From Phoronis australis (taxonomy: Eukaryota > Animalia > Phoronida), in NCBI GenBank assembly GCA_002633005.1, contig NMRA01001027.1, positions 1 through 64,000 of the forward strand: a DNA stretch of 64,000 nt, written 5' to 3'. The position numbers and the translations under genes were made by a program. Shown piece by piece: positions 1 through 12,788 of the stretch. The notes under the pieces were generated by a model, which did not search any database, was not told where the DNA came from, and saw nothing but the letters and a program-made list of their open reading frames with translations. Each line of letters begins with the position of its first letter. Within the stretch, counting starts at the first letter, position 1.

Positions 1-404
1 CCGAATCCCCCCCCCCCTCCCCTGGCTACGGGGTCTGTTTGTTTTATTTTTCTGCATTTATTCTTCTATACTGCTCTGTAAATACTTCTCTATATATGTA
101 TTTTTATCAACAACCAGCACCTGTGCTCGTGTTTTTCTTTTGTTGCATCCACCCACACTGATCTAAAATAAATGTTTTACGTCAGCACAATATACTGAGG
201 TCCCCCCCGAGGAGTTTGGAACTGTGCTTTAGTAGTGACGTCTATTGTTGATCAGTGAAGACTTGCGTCGACCTTCACCTTGGCAGGTGTCCTCAGTTGA
301 TAAACATGAAATTTGTTGGCGGTCTTTGTTATGTTCCTATAAAATGTGGATAGGAATTTTAATTTCATACGTATCTTTCTTGTTACTTTCGCTGTTCATT
401 ACAG

Positions 405-439
405 TCTTCGCATGGGTCTTTGTTTCACGTTTGAAGTTG
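405..439 (+). other. candidate upstream exon (coding or 5'UTR) of the START gene
   Basis: Pyrimidine tract + ttacAG acceptor and strong G|gtaagt donor; two frames open; link to downstream exons unproven. Confidence 0.35.
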
Positions 440-630
440 GTAAGTACTGCTTTATTTACGTATAATTCTGATCCTCGAGTCACGTTCACGGAAGGTAATA
501 TACACTATATACAGGGCCTACTACATTGGAAGTGCAGAGTCGATTTCATTCAAACGAGAAGTCTCGGTTTTTGGTAAGGTCCACCAGTATTGATCAGTGT
601 TGATGACTGCGACTGAGAACGACAATGTGA

Positions 631-633
<3 letters not shown>

Positions 634-678
<45 letters not shown>

Positions 679-692
679 GTGTGCGTCTGTGT
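634..692. repeat. (TG)n microsatellite
   Basis: About 20 perfect TG units followed by degenerate units. Confidence 0.95.
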
Positions 693-753
693 GTTTCATG
701 TTCTCAAGTTTGGCAACTTAGTTTTTTTGACAGAATATTTTTTGGCTTTTCAG

Positions 754-807
754 AGCACATTACAAGTGAAAGCAGAAGACGTTCTACACATCATAAAGGC
801 ATCCAAG
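754..807 (+). other. candidate upstream exon of the START gene (STLQVKAEDVLHIIKASK if phase 0)
   Basis: ttttcAG acceptor, AAG|gtttgt donor, 54 nt, two open frames. Confidence 0.35.
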
Positions 808-1758
808 GTTTGTATATGTTATAATGGCATGATTTTGTCCGTCACTCAATACTCAGCCTGCCTGTACATTTGCTCAGGTTGTTATGGATCCTGTCCTTAT
901 GTGCTAAAGCCACATGCGGTCACTATCTTTTCAATCCTATTTTTTTTTAAATACATGATTGTAGAGCTGTTTTGGTATCAGGATGACCAGTGTCACAGTT
1001 ACATAATTTAAAAAATCATGACCGTTCTTAATTAATATGTGGTTTAATTGGGGATTCTTCTTTGCATTAGTTGATTTGAGTCTAGCTTTGCCCTACTCGT
1101 GTCATTACGTTTACAAGGAAAACACGCATTTTTAAAGATATGCAGGATTTTTCTCTGTTTGTCCTTCTGAGCGGCGTTTACCAGGATCAAAGAGAGCGCG
1201 GTGCCAGAGCCGAACACAGTTGTGATGACTGCATTGTGCAGCGTGAGCAATACCCAATTAAGTGTAATCACCTGGTCATAAACTGTTGTAGTAAACATCT
1301 CTGCCTGTACATGTACTGATGAATTTTCAAAATGCATGAACCAATAATTTTTGTTAAAAATAAACATCATGGCGGTATATAGCTGAAAAAACCTAGCTAA
1401 GTATAGGTTTTGATTTTTAAAAATCGATGTACTAATAAGCTAAAAACTACAAACATTGGTTGCAATTGAGGATAAACGACTGTGCATATTGATATACTCG
1501 CAGGATATACAAACGATGATCATAATTAACAATATCACATTGATTATTCTTTTAGTATACAACTAAGCTACATTATAAAAAATAGAAACAATACAAAGTG
1601 ACCACATGATGTCAATAGCTTTTAAACCATCGCTTATCGCCCAGTGCATGTTGAACTATTTTATTCGAGGAAAACTGATATTCGCAAAAATATGTCAATA
1701 TTGATGATAATCAGTTGTTGATGGAACAAATGTATGTCTATGGCTAGCTTTAAAGTAG

Positions 1759-1949
1759 ATGAAGTTGGTCGATGGGCGAGAAGAGACTGTTTTGAGTTTC
1801 CCGGACTGGGGGCGGAGTGGAATCGAGCGGTTTCACATGGAGAATGTTGAAAACCTGTTACCCCAGTTCCAGTCACCGAAGCACAATTACTGCTATGTTA
1901 ATGAATTAAATGTCTTGTGGTCATTAGCCAGCCTCGATCAACTAAAGTG
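1759..1949 (+). CDS. candidate coding exon of the START gene (MKLVDGREETVLSFPDW...SLDQLK)
   Basis: Open GC-richer frame directly after an AG; phase-2 end (TG|gtatag) matches the phase-2 start of exon 8000-8094; splice signals are weak. Confidence 0.4.
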
Positions 1950-3036
1950 GTATAGGAGGCCTATTTACGTGGAATAGATCATCATGACATCAGTTCTGTA
2001 GCCGACCTGTAAGGTCTTCAGAAATCTGACTAGCTACTTTGGTGGCCTCGTATTTCTGCTGGTGTGTTTATTTACACATAACATGTCATCTTTTGTCACG
2101 TGAAACTTGTTCATTGGAATTCGCTCGCATTTTTGTAAACTATACAATATACTATGTAAATCAGTTTTAGATGTGCTCTCTAGTCAGTAAGATGTTTGGT
2201 GATTTCCATAAACATGGTCATGGGTGAACAAATTCAATTGCAATCATCACATACAGTTGTCATAACATTGGATGCATTGTATTTGGTGCTACTTTTTGTT
2301 CCCTTGTTTGTTGTTATTCACCAATGCTGTTTTTTCACATAACACAGTCTCACACAGGCTTTGCCAATTTCACATTTAAAGTGTTCAAAGATTTTCAGTG
2401 ATCAAACCCTTAAGTTATTAACATTTAACGCAATGTAGTTACTTACTTTTTCATAACTTTATTTTTGCAAAAGTGATTTTGCACTGTAAGTACTTAACAT
2501 TCAAAATCTGTTTCGGTATTTTAACTGGATACCTTTGGTAGGAAGGGTTACAATTCAAGTATCCTTGATCAATGTTGTCGTTTTGTTTTTTTGTGAAATG
2601 TGATTTTGTTTTGAAAAAGAAAACAGTCAGTTGACTACAAACAGACTGTGCATAAGTTCCTGGCCTTCGAGGAATTGCAAAACATAAGGTTTAGTGAATG
2701 AGGTGACCTTTGGTAACCAATTCAGTATTTCTTCCATAGACATAAGCAATTACAGTCAGAAAGAAACTGCCATTTGTGAATGAGGTTAAAATTGAACTTT
2801 TGTATTTTATTTGTTACAAACAGTGAAGCTGAGGAAATGAAATGTTTTGCATGTAATTATGAATTCGTTTACCTAAGCATATGATATTAGAGTATATTTG
2901 TATGAAAGTTGCTCAGATATGTGTAATATTTAGTTATTTATTTACTCAAAAACTTACTAAAGACTTGTAACTGGGACTTCAGTGTGATCCCAGATATGTT
3001 GAAGGTAATTTATTGATGTATTCAGAATACTTCGTA

Positions 3037-3521
3037 GGCCCTTTCATATTGACTTAACTCCGGCCTGAGCGGAGTGTCGATGTAACAGCGCAGTTAACTG
3101 GACCGTTCATACTGGCTTTGGTAGTTAATGAACATCGAAGTAAATGGTTGGTGACGCTGTCGTCATCGAAGTTATCACAAGGTAGCACTGCACGCTAAGA
3201 TTTTTTTCAATGAGTCAATTTGAGAACCTTTACATGTGCTAAATGACATTAAACTTATTATTAGAGCAAAATATAAGCAGCTATTAGTGATGACACTACC
3301 CTGTAACTGTTGACGATAACAGTGGCACCTGGTGATAACTTCGTTTGGACTGAAGTTAAGCGTTCGTACTGCATGGCAGCGTCGACGCTGTGCTATTAAA
3401 TCCACCTGTTAACTGCGATGTTAACTGGAGCTCTTAACTGCGATCCAGGACCGGAATTAAGCGTTCATACTGACTGCAACTCCCCAAACCATCGATGCGT
3501 CGACGTTAGTATGAAAGGCCC
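3037..3521. mobile_element. PIF/Harbinger-like MITE
   Basis: Terminal inverted repeats GGCCCTTTCATATTGAC / GTTAGTATGAAAGGCCC, gta/tta 3-bp flanks, internal repeated CGTTCATACTG motif, no coding capacity. Confidence 0.7.
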
Positions 3522-3789
3522 TTATAACTATTTGTATGGATGTTTAAAGCTTAAGGTAGAAATTGCTTAAATCGTATACAATGAGACTGAGAATGCTCTT
3601 CTGAGTTGGGCAAAACACAACTCATTTGGAGAGCATCTTAAAGAATAAATGCTAACCGTTTTGTGTGATTGTGTCCCAGTTGAGTGAAGATTCAACTTGG
3701 GAGAGTTCTACTGTACTGTGATCTCATTTGTGTTGAAGATGAAATATTTATTTACATGAGAAATGTACTTGTTCTAGCAGTGATATTAA

Positions 3790-4640
3790 AGGCGAAGGCA
3801 ACCTTTTTTCATGTTTTTTTAGGAAAAATAAGGTTCGTTGGTAATCCCAGACATATTTTCCACTTAATTACAGCTTTTCGTAATTTAATTATTTGTTCTC
3901 TACCCCGCAAGTAACGTTGTTAGAGGCAAGAATTTCGCGCCAATTTCTTTTGATATAGTCTGACTATGAGAGCTGCCGAGTCAGTCCTTGTTCTATCTCG
4001 GTTGTGATAAGTTCGGTCGTCGTTTGCTTTTGTTTACGAGTCAGTCAATGTGCCAAACTTGCTTCGTACCGGGATGTACTCATTATCGTCTCACGGACAG
4101 AAGAACAACTGTCCCACTTGCCCGAGTGTCCCGCGACACACTCCCACTGGATGGTGACCTGAACACACAAACTGCTTACACCCCGCTGTGTGACTCCCCC
4201 GCCACACACCTGGCTCCTTCTAAATAGTTCTAATACTTTCGACAAGACCACAATTAACTTATCAAAGTTTTGCTCTTCGATCTATTCATTGAGCGACGAA
4301 CTATACTCTTCACTGGGCCTATATTGACTCCCAGTACTCAACATCGTAGCAGTGCTGCTTACAGGCTTTTGGCCATAATGAGTACATCCCCGTACGCAGC
4401 AACAGTGTGGCATGTTGACTGACTCGTAAACAAAACCAAATGACGACCGATCATATCACAACCGAGGTAGATAAAAAGAAATTGGCGTGAAATTCTTGCC
4501 TTCCAAAACACCACTTACGGAGTAGAGGACGAATAGCTAATTAAATTACGAAAAGCTGTAATTAAGTAGAAAACATGTCTGGGATAACCAAGTAACCTTA
4601 TTTTTGCTAAAAATGACATGAAAAAAGGTTGCCTTTGCCT
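3790..4640. mobile_element. Kolobok-type (TTAA, AGG...CCT) palindromic MITE with ~300-bp inverted arms
   Basis: TTAA on both sides (3786-3789, 4641-4644); AGGCGAAGGCAACCTTTTTTCATG vs CATGAAAAAAGGTTGCCTTTGCCT; arms alignable to ~4087 / ~4376. Confidence 0.85.
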
Positions 4641-5043
4641 TTAACACTAGCATTGAATATTGCCATCTGGAGTAGTTGTTTCCTTTTGGAAGTGATCAGT
4701 AGATGAGTTTGATGGGCATCCCAGAATTTGCAAAAACGATTCTGCAAAATAAAATTATGTTTATTCATCTACTCTTTAACAAATCATTTTACCTCATCAC
4801 AGTCTTGGCTAAAAATGTGTGAAGTGAATGTTAGTTTATCTTGCTCAGTTTCAATCTCGTTTAACTAGATTTTTAACTAGGAAACAGTTGTAATTAACTC
4901 AGGGATGGGTTCACAATTCACTGAGTTTAGCTGGCGATCAAAATCTACCACTGTTTTGGTACTTCAAGCTTAAAAATAAATTAACAAAATAGCAACTTGT
5001 TTCCGCCTGCAAGAAAAAACAAGTAGACTGGGGGTATTAAAAG

Positions 5044-5108
5044 TAACATAACAAAAAACGGTATGAAACAAGTATTAAGAATAACATAACAAAAAACGGT
5101 ATGAAACA
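5044..5108. repeat. two-copy tandem duplication (~38-bp period)
   Basis: TAACATAACAAAAAACGGTATGAAACA occurs twice. Confidence 0.85.
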
Positions 5109-7999
5109 TATTTAAATTTCCTGTTCCTTTGGGAAGTGGCCCATTGTCAAGATAAACACAAATTACCATTTCTAGTCATTTTGTAATATTTAAAATGCAC
5201 CAAGTTAAAACTACTTTCCACATTGCAGACTGTAACTCTGTGCAAATGTCAGAGAAAACCTATTTGGGCATAATAAGAACCATTGTTGAGAAAGTTTAGT
5301 GGCAGCAATTACCTTTCCACTTCATTAACTGAGATGTACATGAGTACAAAGGGCATGTTGAATAGGTATTGTAAAAGTTGTTTGGTGGCAAAGGGAATCT
5401 TAGCCTGATCTGTGTAAACCAGAAGTTCTCCACATGACTATAGTCACATGGTTTGAGCTAATAATAGCTTTATGGGACATTTTAAAGTCTTGTGATCATG
5501 CAGCTGACTAAGGCTAACCTTTTTCAAAATGACTACCTGACATGTTGGCCAAATAAGGCAATTTTGCTTATTCATGGGGCAAACTTTTCAGCAATCTCAT
5601 TGGTCAATATATGTGACATCACAATCTTGTCGACCAAATATGTCTATTTCTGGTATTCACGCGAAAAATTTTTCAATAATCATAACATGATGTTTTGGAA
5701 AAGCCATTTGTTGATTTTGGTTATTGTACGGGCTCAACTGTAATGATCTGACTATTTTAAGTGTAAATCTCTTACGAATGTGCATTTCGGGGTGTTTCAA
5801 ATATGGCGCTGATGTCATTTCCCAGAAGCATGTAAATATCCTCGGCCATAATTTGTGAATATATAATCCGATTTTAAATCGCGAGTGTGACCGCATGGTG
5901 CATGCCTCAGTAGTCCTAAACACTAGTGGAAATTTACTTTGTTACACTCCTCCAAAAAGCATTTTGCAGTTAACCAGTGCTTTCGATTCTTGTGTGATTA
6001 AGTGATGTATGCTGTTCTCTGTGATGTTGTTTTCACTAAGTTCTCATTTATGAAATATCGAGAATAATCTTACAGTTGAAGGGTCTTTAATTTGAAAAGT
6101 GGTTACTGGAAGAAACGAATTTAAATTATAAAGTCTAAAGATCATGTAGAAATCAAGTACGAATGGCTGGACAAATGCACGATTAGAGATGATCATTACT
6201 CTAGTTCAAATCTGGGTGAGAAATATGGTCCTCGCATTTGTGTGGAGTAAGGAGTGTGGGTCTTAGAAGGGATTTGTACCTTAGTTTTGGTGTCGTCTCA
6301 GTGGTCTATGAGGTTTATAGGATTTCTGAACTATGGAAAAACAGTCATCATTTGGTCTACTACCTGTACATATAGATAAATAGAGGTAAAAGTTGTTTTT
6401 CTGTTTCGACTGGTTGCGTGAATAGCCAAAACTTTTTTATGTTGCATACAGGGTTGCGACAATGTTTCGACTAAAAAGAACGTTGAATAACAAAATACTG
6501 GATTGTCCAACAACGTTGTGATGTCCCTAATTTGAGGCGTTGTTGCCTCAATAGCGAAAACCTGACCTTGATGTTAGCAATAACAACTTTGGAAAGTTTG
6601 CCGTGTGAACAGCAAAAATCAGTATTTTTCTTCTTAACGAGTGTAATGTTACACATATGGACCTCTGAGAATGGGGAATGTGTTGTTGGCTAAATTTTGA
6701 AAATGGGTTTATTTGGCTGACTTGTCAGGTAAATAGCGTTGGCCTTCATTTTTATAGCTAGTATTAACTTTTTAAAAAACAGTAGACTCGGTACTAGTCA
6801 AACATTCAAAAGGTATCTTGTTGCTCTGGGAGTTTATCTAAATCGGTACTTATTAATCATCATAATTATTTACAAGGTTAATGCCTATACAGTCATAGTT
6901 GGGTAATGCCAAAGCTACCAGCCTCAAACCATAATAAAATTAATTTGGGGAAGAAAATCTAGGTGCAGTTCCAGTAATTGTGCTTTGTTCGGTGTTCAAC
7001 GTAATCATGAAAAAAGCGGTATGAGTCAAAGTTACAGAGCTCTCACTGTCTGAAATCTGATTAAATCTAATCTTAGTGCTGGCAAGGTATTCTACACCAT
7101 CGAAAAATTTCACTGGCTAAACCTCATTCGGTCTACATTATATACATCAATGTCATAAAATTGTCATGTGATCTACATTATTAACATATTAAATGTCATG
7201 GAATTATTTGAGGTTAGTGCATTCATAATTGTGCTGATTATTCATACTTGACAGTATTTCTCTTACATTAAAGTATTTAAAATATCTTGTTAGGGCAGTT
7301 AATGTGAAAAAAAATATTTGATTGAAGAAACTAAATTTTGATTTAGATTAGATCATTTACTGCTGTAAAATTGGCCTCAGCTTGTTCCTTGTTCAGATGA
7401 GACGTGATTTTGGTCATGCACTGAACTGTGATTTCGTTATTGCTTAGTCTCTACCAATGATGAGCTGTCAGTTCTTTCCAAACTCAAAAATTGTGCCTGT
7501 TTTGAGTAAGGAACAATTTGAGATCAATTTAGCAACGGTAAGTGGTTAAAACCAAAAACTGGTTTTGTGACGGAAGGGGCATAATTGTAGTCAGTTCTGC
7601 TTGGACACAGATCCAAAAATCTTTCAAGGACAAGCATAGGAGAGGGGCCTGAGGGGGCTTGAGTTTGCTGTTGCAATGGTGTAAAATAACTGGCAGGTAT
7701 TTCAAACGAAACATTTGCCAAAGTTTACATTTCATTTTTTTATTTTCAGACACTTAATTCTGTGTTAAAATTCATGCTAAGGGTTTTTGTTTTGGGATAG
7801 ATGCACAATGCTGACTATGGCAGTACTTGAAAGTAATTTTTTGGAATGTCTATTTTGCCCTAAAATTCAAAAAATGATGTAATTTTAACAGAAATTTACT
7901 AAGATCTTGAAAAAATTTGGTGGCCCGGCACGCCCCAGCTTCCCCCTTGTCTGCCTCAGTGGATTTGATAACTGAAGTTATCTTGTGTTTCGTCAACAG

Positions 8000-8094
8000 T
8001 TCAGCAGCTCGCTCCGTGAGTGAACTCAGTGCACTATCTGAATCAGTCGTGTGTGCACTTAGCTTCTGCAGCTCACTTGCACTCTTGATGGGTG
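8000..8094 (+). CDS. START gene exon (SAARSVSELSALSESVVCALSFCSSLALLMG)
   Basis: caacAG acceptor, G|gtcagt donor, phase-1 end fits the next exon. Confidence 0.55.
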
Positions 8095-8759
8095 GTCAGT
8101 TATCAACTCGCCTGAAGCCAGTGGCAGTTCTTGATATGCAAATAACTTCATTTCTGACTGCGGCACCATCTAGTGAGAAAATCGTGATGGCGGGAGCAGA
8201 AGTCATCGTTTCCAAAGCATAATTATGATGGTACTTTTGGTTACAAAGTGGGTTTATTGGTATCATTCTTTAGAAGAAAGTTTTTACTTTTTTATGATAC
8301 CATTTATGTTTGTCTTAGATAAACAGTTGTTTTGTAATTACCGGGTACTTTGTGAAATAGACCAAAAATCACAGTTTAGCTACTTGTCCATTCCTGGTTA
8401 TCTCTTGATGTCATCATGTGCTTCCAATAACTAATATGTTGATTCTAGTGTGATGCTGTGCGATGAAAAGTAGACTTGGATGAGGATAGAGGATTTGTCT
8501 TTTAATACGTCCTGCCATAAATAGGTTTAGGTAATACCCTACATTTCTGTACCCATGGCTTTCTCTGTGAGGTGATGGCTTATGCTGGGTAATTGGTCAC
8601 AAGAATATATAGTGTATTTATGTAGTTATGTATTACCCTGACTAAGTTTACTACATTATTACCACATGTTCCAGATGTTGACATGGGTATATGCAGCTGC
8701 CAAACTGTGTTCTTGAAAACTGGTAGTGAATCGTCTAAATTATGACTGACATCACGACT

Positions 8760-9000
8760 TTGAAAGGCCCTTTCCCACGCCAACTCTGTGCTTCTGTGTT
8801 CAGGGGAGCACTGCCCCAGAAATCGCTTTCGCATAAGGTTCTCATTCATTCCCTTTCATACACTCACTAGTAAGACCGAGCTCAGAGTAGTGGGAGACAC
8901 CTTTGTGCTATGCTCGAGTGCCTGCCAGTTAAGCCAGGATTCGAACCCGGATCTCTGAAAAGTAAGCCCGGAGCTCAAACCATTCGGCCACCCTGTCTCC
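8760..9000 (-). mobile_element. tRNA-derived SINE (Pol III A and B boxes); 3' extent uncertain
   Basis: Minus strand reads GGAGACAGGG-TGGCCGAATGG (A box)...GGTTCGAATCC (B box); no complete acceptor stem; non-tRNA body follows. Confidence 0.7.
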
Positions 9001-9199
9001 TCTTAAATCTGATCTTGTGTCAAAGTTGACAACTCAAGTTTACTTTGTAGTAAAGATGTAGATATACACAATGAAATGTGGATGCATCGCTATGCTGAAC
9101 TTTAGATATCCGCAGGCATGCATTGTGGTTTACTTTGATTACGATAGCATCTCATAGCGATTACTGCGAGGTCTGTCGGACTGTCACTATGATTGCTAT

Positions 9200-9690
9200 C
9201 ATCACCTGTTCACCTGTTCACCTGAGTAGGCTGTGTCCTTCCACTGCAGGAAGTAGCCCTCCGCGAGGTCCCTCCATTGTTTTCGGTTCTTAGCTGTCCT
9301 TGGCCATGTTGCCCCATCTCTCTGCATGATGTCGTCTCGCCATCGTCTCTTTGGTCTCCCCCTTGTTCACTTGGCTTCTCTGGGCTGCCATTCGGTTGTC
9401 CTCAGAGTCCACCTGTTATCCTTCATTCTTGCCACATGACCAGCCCGTCTCCATTTCGTTTCTGTTATATGCATTTTGTTATATCTGTTACTTTAGTCCT
9501 TTCTTTTATCTTGGAATTTGGTATTTTGTCTTTCAAGCTGATGCCCAGCAGTTTCGTTTCCATTGCTCCCTGGTTTTTTGCATCTTATTCAGCACTTCTT
9601 GTTTTGTCGTCTCTTTCATTGTAATAGTTTGGCCAAGGTATTCGTAGTCTGTCACTTTCTCTATAGGTGTGCCTTCGATACTACTGATGA
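9200..9690 (-). mobile_element. RTE-clade LINE 3' fragment, degraded and internally deleted
   Basis: Minus translation IEGTPIEKVTDYEYLGQ...AGHVARMKDNRWTLRTTEWQPREAK*TRGRPKRRWRDDI...AKNRKQWRDLAEGYFLQW is typical of an RTE ORF C-terminus; short tandem-repeat tail (CAGGTGAA)n. Confidence 0.85.
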
Positions 9691-9884
9691 TGGGCTTAAG
9701 TTACCTGCACAGCTTATGTCAGTGCTTCGTTAGTATCAGTGTTTTCCACGATAGAAAATTTAAACTCGACTGCTATTACAAAATTCATTTAATGTGTTTA
9801 AAAGTCCATACTGTGGGGATTTTGTGTCTTAAAGTGGAACTGGCACGCTAATTTCTTATCTCTCTGATTGCTTGGTCAAATCAG

Positions 9885-10006
9885 TTAGAAACATAAGATA
9901 TAGCGATGATGTGAATATGAAGTTGGTTAAAAATTGCCAAATGTTTTTAAGAACAAGTTTTATGTTGAAAATGATCCTTCGAAAATCCCTCAACCGTGTC
10001 CAGAAA
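9885..10006 (+). CDS. START gene exon (VRNIRYSDDVNMKL...LRKSLNRVQK)
   Basis: tcAG acceptor after a pyrimidine tract, AAA|gtatgt donor, open frame, phases 1 and 0 fit neighbours. Confidence 0.65.
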
Positions 10007-11895
10007 GTATGTGATTTGGTGTTGGGGAATAACACTGCATGATGCAGGTTATGTGAGCCCCCAAGGTACATCATTAGTGCAAAGGTCACCTCATAGCAGA
10101 ATTTTTGTTTTCACATTAGCAAGTTGTCAGTGAATACAACTGCCCATTGTTTAGCGTAGATGATGTTTAAGTAGCATTGTTGTTTAGTTCCTGCTATACA
10201 TTAGCACAGTTAGGAGCATGCAAATACACCTTTAAGTAAGTGCATTGAATGGGTAACAGAAGTCCAAAATGTCCTAATTTTAGCAAGAAATGACTAATCT
10301 AACACTTCAAGCTCCTTGTATAGGTTAATTGTCCCTTTATCCTACTCATCCTGGTGATTTCAGACCTGTACCAGTTCCTCAGTACACATTATCCAGTCCT
10401 TGACATTGTCGGTGTTGACAAAACATTTTCTTATTACCAGGGTGTGCTTGATGAGATGAGATTAGACCCAATTCACAGACAAAACAATAAGATTAATTGA
10501 GCGAAATATGAAGTAGCAATGGTGTATGGTTCTGAACTGGATTTTATCCGTACCCAACATGAAATTCACAATGTAGTAGTAATTTAAATTTGTTAAATAT
10601 GTCCAAATTATACACGCCCGAATAAACACCCATGTTCGCTTCAATGCCTACTTCCGAAATGCTCAAATTTTCAATTTTTTTACTCTTGCTTGTCTGAACA
10701 TCTGTTCCCAATTAATCTCTTATATTACCCCCATGGTCCCAAAAAGTGTGCAACTCCGATATAATGAATAAGTGAGTAATTCACTGGCACCTGGTCATAT
10801 CCGCGCATTAAAATACTCGCCGGTTACTAAAGAAGACTCAAAATGGTGTTTTGGTTTATTTGCATTCTAATGTTATCGCGTGTGTGTGTGGGCAAAAATA
10901 GTTATGGGATTTGTTTGAGCGAATCGACTGTTCTAGTCAACCTCCAGTCCACCCCTAACGCCTCAATAATTTTGTGTGAACACCCATGCTCGGCTTGCTG
11001 CCCACCCCCTGACTTAAAAATTTTATTTTTAACAATCCTGGGCCAAGAGTCCAATCTTTTCGTCAACTCGAAATTGAAGTCAAAATCTCTAGTTTTTACT
11101 TGAGTTTGTAGCACAAATATAGGGCAAATTGGGACAAAAAAAATACGTGCATACACCTTAAGGTACTCGAGCACTTACCTATGTTCATTTAGTACAAAAG
11201 TACCGTAGAGCAGAAATGGCCAAAAATGATTTTGCATTCAATTTTGAATATAAAGAATATACTCCGGTCCCAGGTTTTAAACGGAATAAGGGTAGTAGTT
11301 TCTCTAGTGGTTTGTACACCTTGATTATGAGATCATATCGTAAACTCAACTAGGTTAATGCCATGCCCGGGTTATTGTTTAACTAGTTTGCACAGTCGGT
11401 GTCTGTGTACGGTTATGACAGAAATTTGTTAAACTTTGACTCTAAATTTCATATTAAGAATTAGCTATCAACCGATATCATTTTTCCTGTCTTTTTGTAT
11501 CTTGATAGTGATTTCTAAGTTTACAGTTTCCTCTTATAATTGAACACCAGCAAATAGACAGTAAACCATGAATTTACGTAAGGTCATATAAAGTTGTCAT
11601 GTTTTTAATTATCTTTGCTTTATGACCAACTCATTTATCTTGTTTTCAATTTCAATAACATAAACGTTTTGAGTTGGTCACTTAACACAGTTGGGAAGAA
11701 TAACAGATTAGGGAAATTATTGCGGTTTCATAAAACAACTAGTCACTGTTCATGTGTATATGAAATCTATGGTTATATAATTTACAGTTAATTTTAAGTT
11801 GGATATATTCTGTATTTTTATCATTAGCTTATTTGCATGTCTACAATAAAGTCTTGTCATATTTCATTTCATATAACTGCAAAATGACCTTTCAG

Positions 11896-12048
11896 ACATT
11901 TCCTATTGACTCATTTCACGGCTGGTCTTTGCTGGGTACAAGCCAAGGATGCTGCGTGTGGAAGAACTGCCTGAAGTCGCCAATAGAGGGAGAAATGTGT
12001 CTGCTGAACACATATGGTGGCTGCACCAAGATAGCAGCTCCACCTTGT
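11896..12048 (+). CDS. START gene exon, start of START domain 1 (TFPIDSFHGWSLLG...GCTKIAAPPC)
   Basis: tttcAG / gtatgt, 153 nt phase 0-0, START-like GW and G-x3-I-x-APP motifs. Confidence 0.8.
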
Positions 12049-12372
12049 GTATGTAGTCTGAGTTACAGTAGTCCGTCACTTAACTCCACTGTTCATTTGA
12101 AGTTTCCAGTTTAAACTTTGAAAATAATTGTTAAAAACGTAAATTTCTGCTTCATTAAATAATGAAGTGCACAACATTGAAAAATTATAATTTACCATAT
12201 TTCTCTTGGTCCCTTTGTGCATTGTCTAACTTACTTGTCATTTTGTGTTTCATATTACCGCACTTCGCTTAGAGTGTGTTTTATAAAGTTAACCTTAAAA
12301 TGTGTTACTCATTTTGTTGGTTTAAATGCAAACTTACTCTTATCTTTAAACTCTGCGTTTTTTACTTGACAG

Positions 12373-12617
12373 GGTGTTTTGCAGTTCTTGCGAAATATTA
12401 AAATACTCAAAGAGTGGGACACATTTATTTACGATGCCGTCCTGACATCGACAGAGTCCCCTAGCGGCACTAGTAGTAAACATTACTGCAAACCTCTGGT
12501 GAAAAGTGATCTCGTTTCTGCTGTCGTGGAGACAACGTGTCCGCTGAACTGGAATGGGCGTCTCTGGATTTACTGGCTGAAAAGCAAGTTTGTCTTCCAA
12601 AAGCAGCAAATAACGAG
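12373..12617 (+). CDS. START gene exon, START domain 1 (GVLQFLRNIKILKEWD...QQITR)
   Basis: gacAG / AG|gtgatt, EWD motif, phase 0-2. Confidence 0.85.
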
Positions 12618-12788
12618 GTGATTATGAACTCGAAGTAGCGGTCGTTTACATACATGTAAACTTTACACAATATACATACAGTATATACAAAGATCTTCGT
12701 GTACTTTTGAGTGAAATATAATCATTCGGTATTTGTATCTAATTTGTTATGTCAAAAGTAGTGAGGCAAGCACTGTCTATTAGTGTTA

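Noticed and set aside
597-1011. Cys/Val-rich ORFs
   Set aside because: Translation of the (TG)n microsatellite
1185-1242. Exon-like segment (ccAG...gtgagc)
   Set aside because: Cannot be placed in phase with both neighbouring candidate exons; may be UTR or contain the start codon, unresolved
6077-6215. Exon-like segment with ttacAG and gtgaga
   Set aside because: Stops in all three frames; at most non-coding
8925-9000. tRNA gene
   Set aside because: A and B boxes present but no proper cloverleaf; better explained as a SINE head
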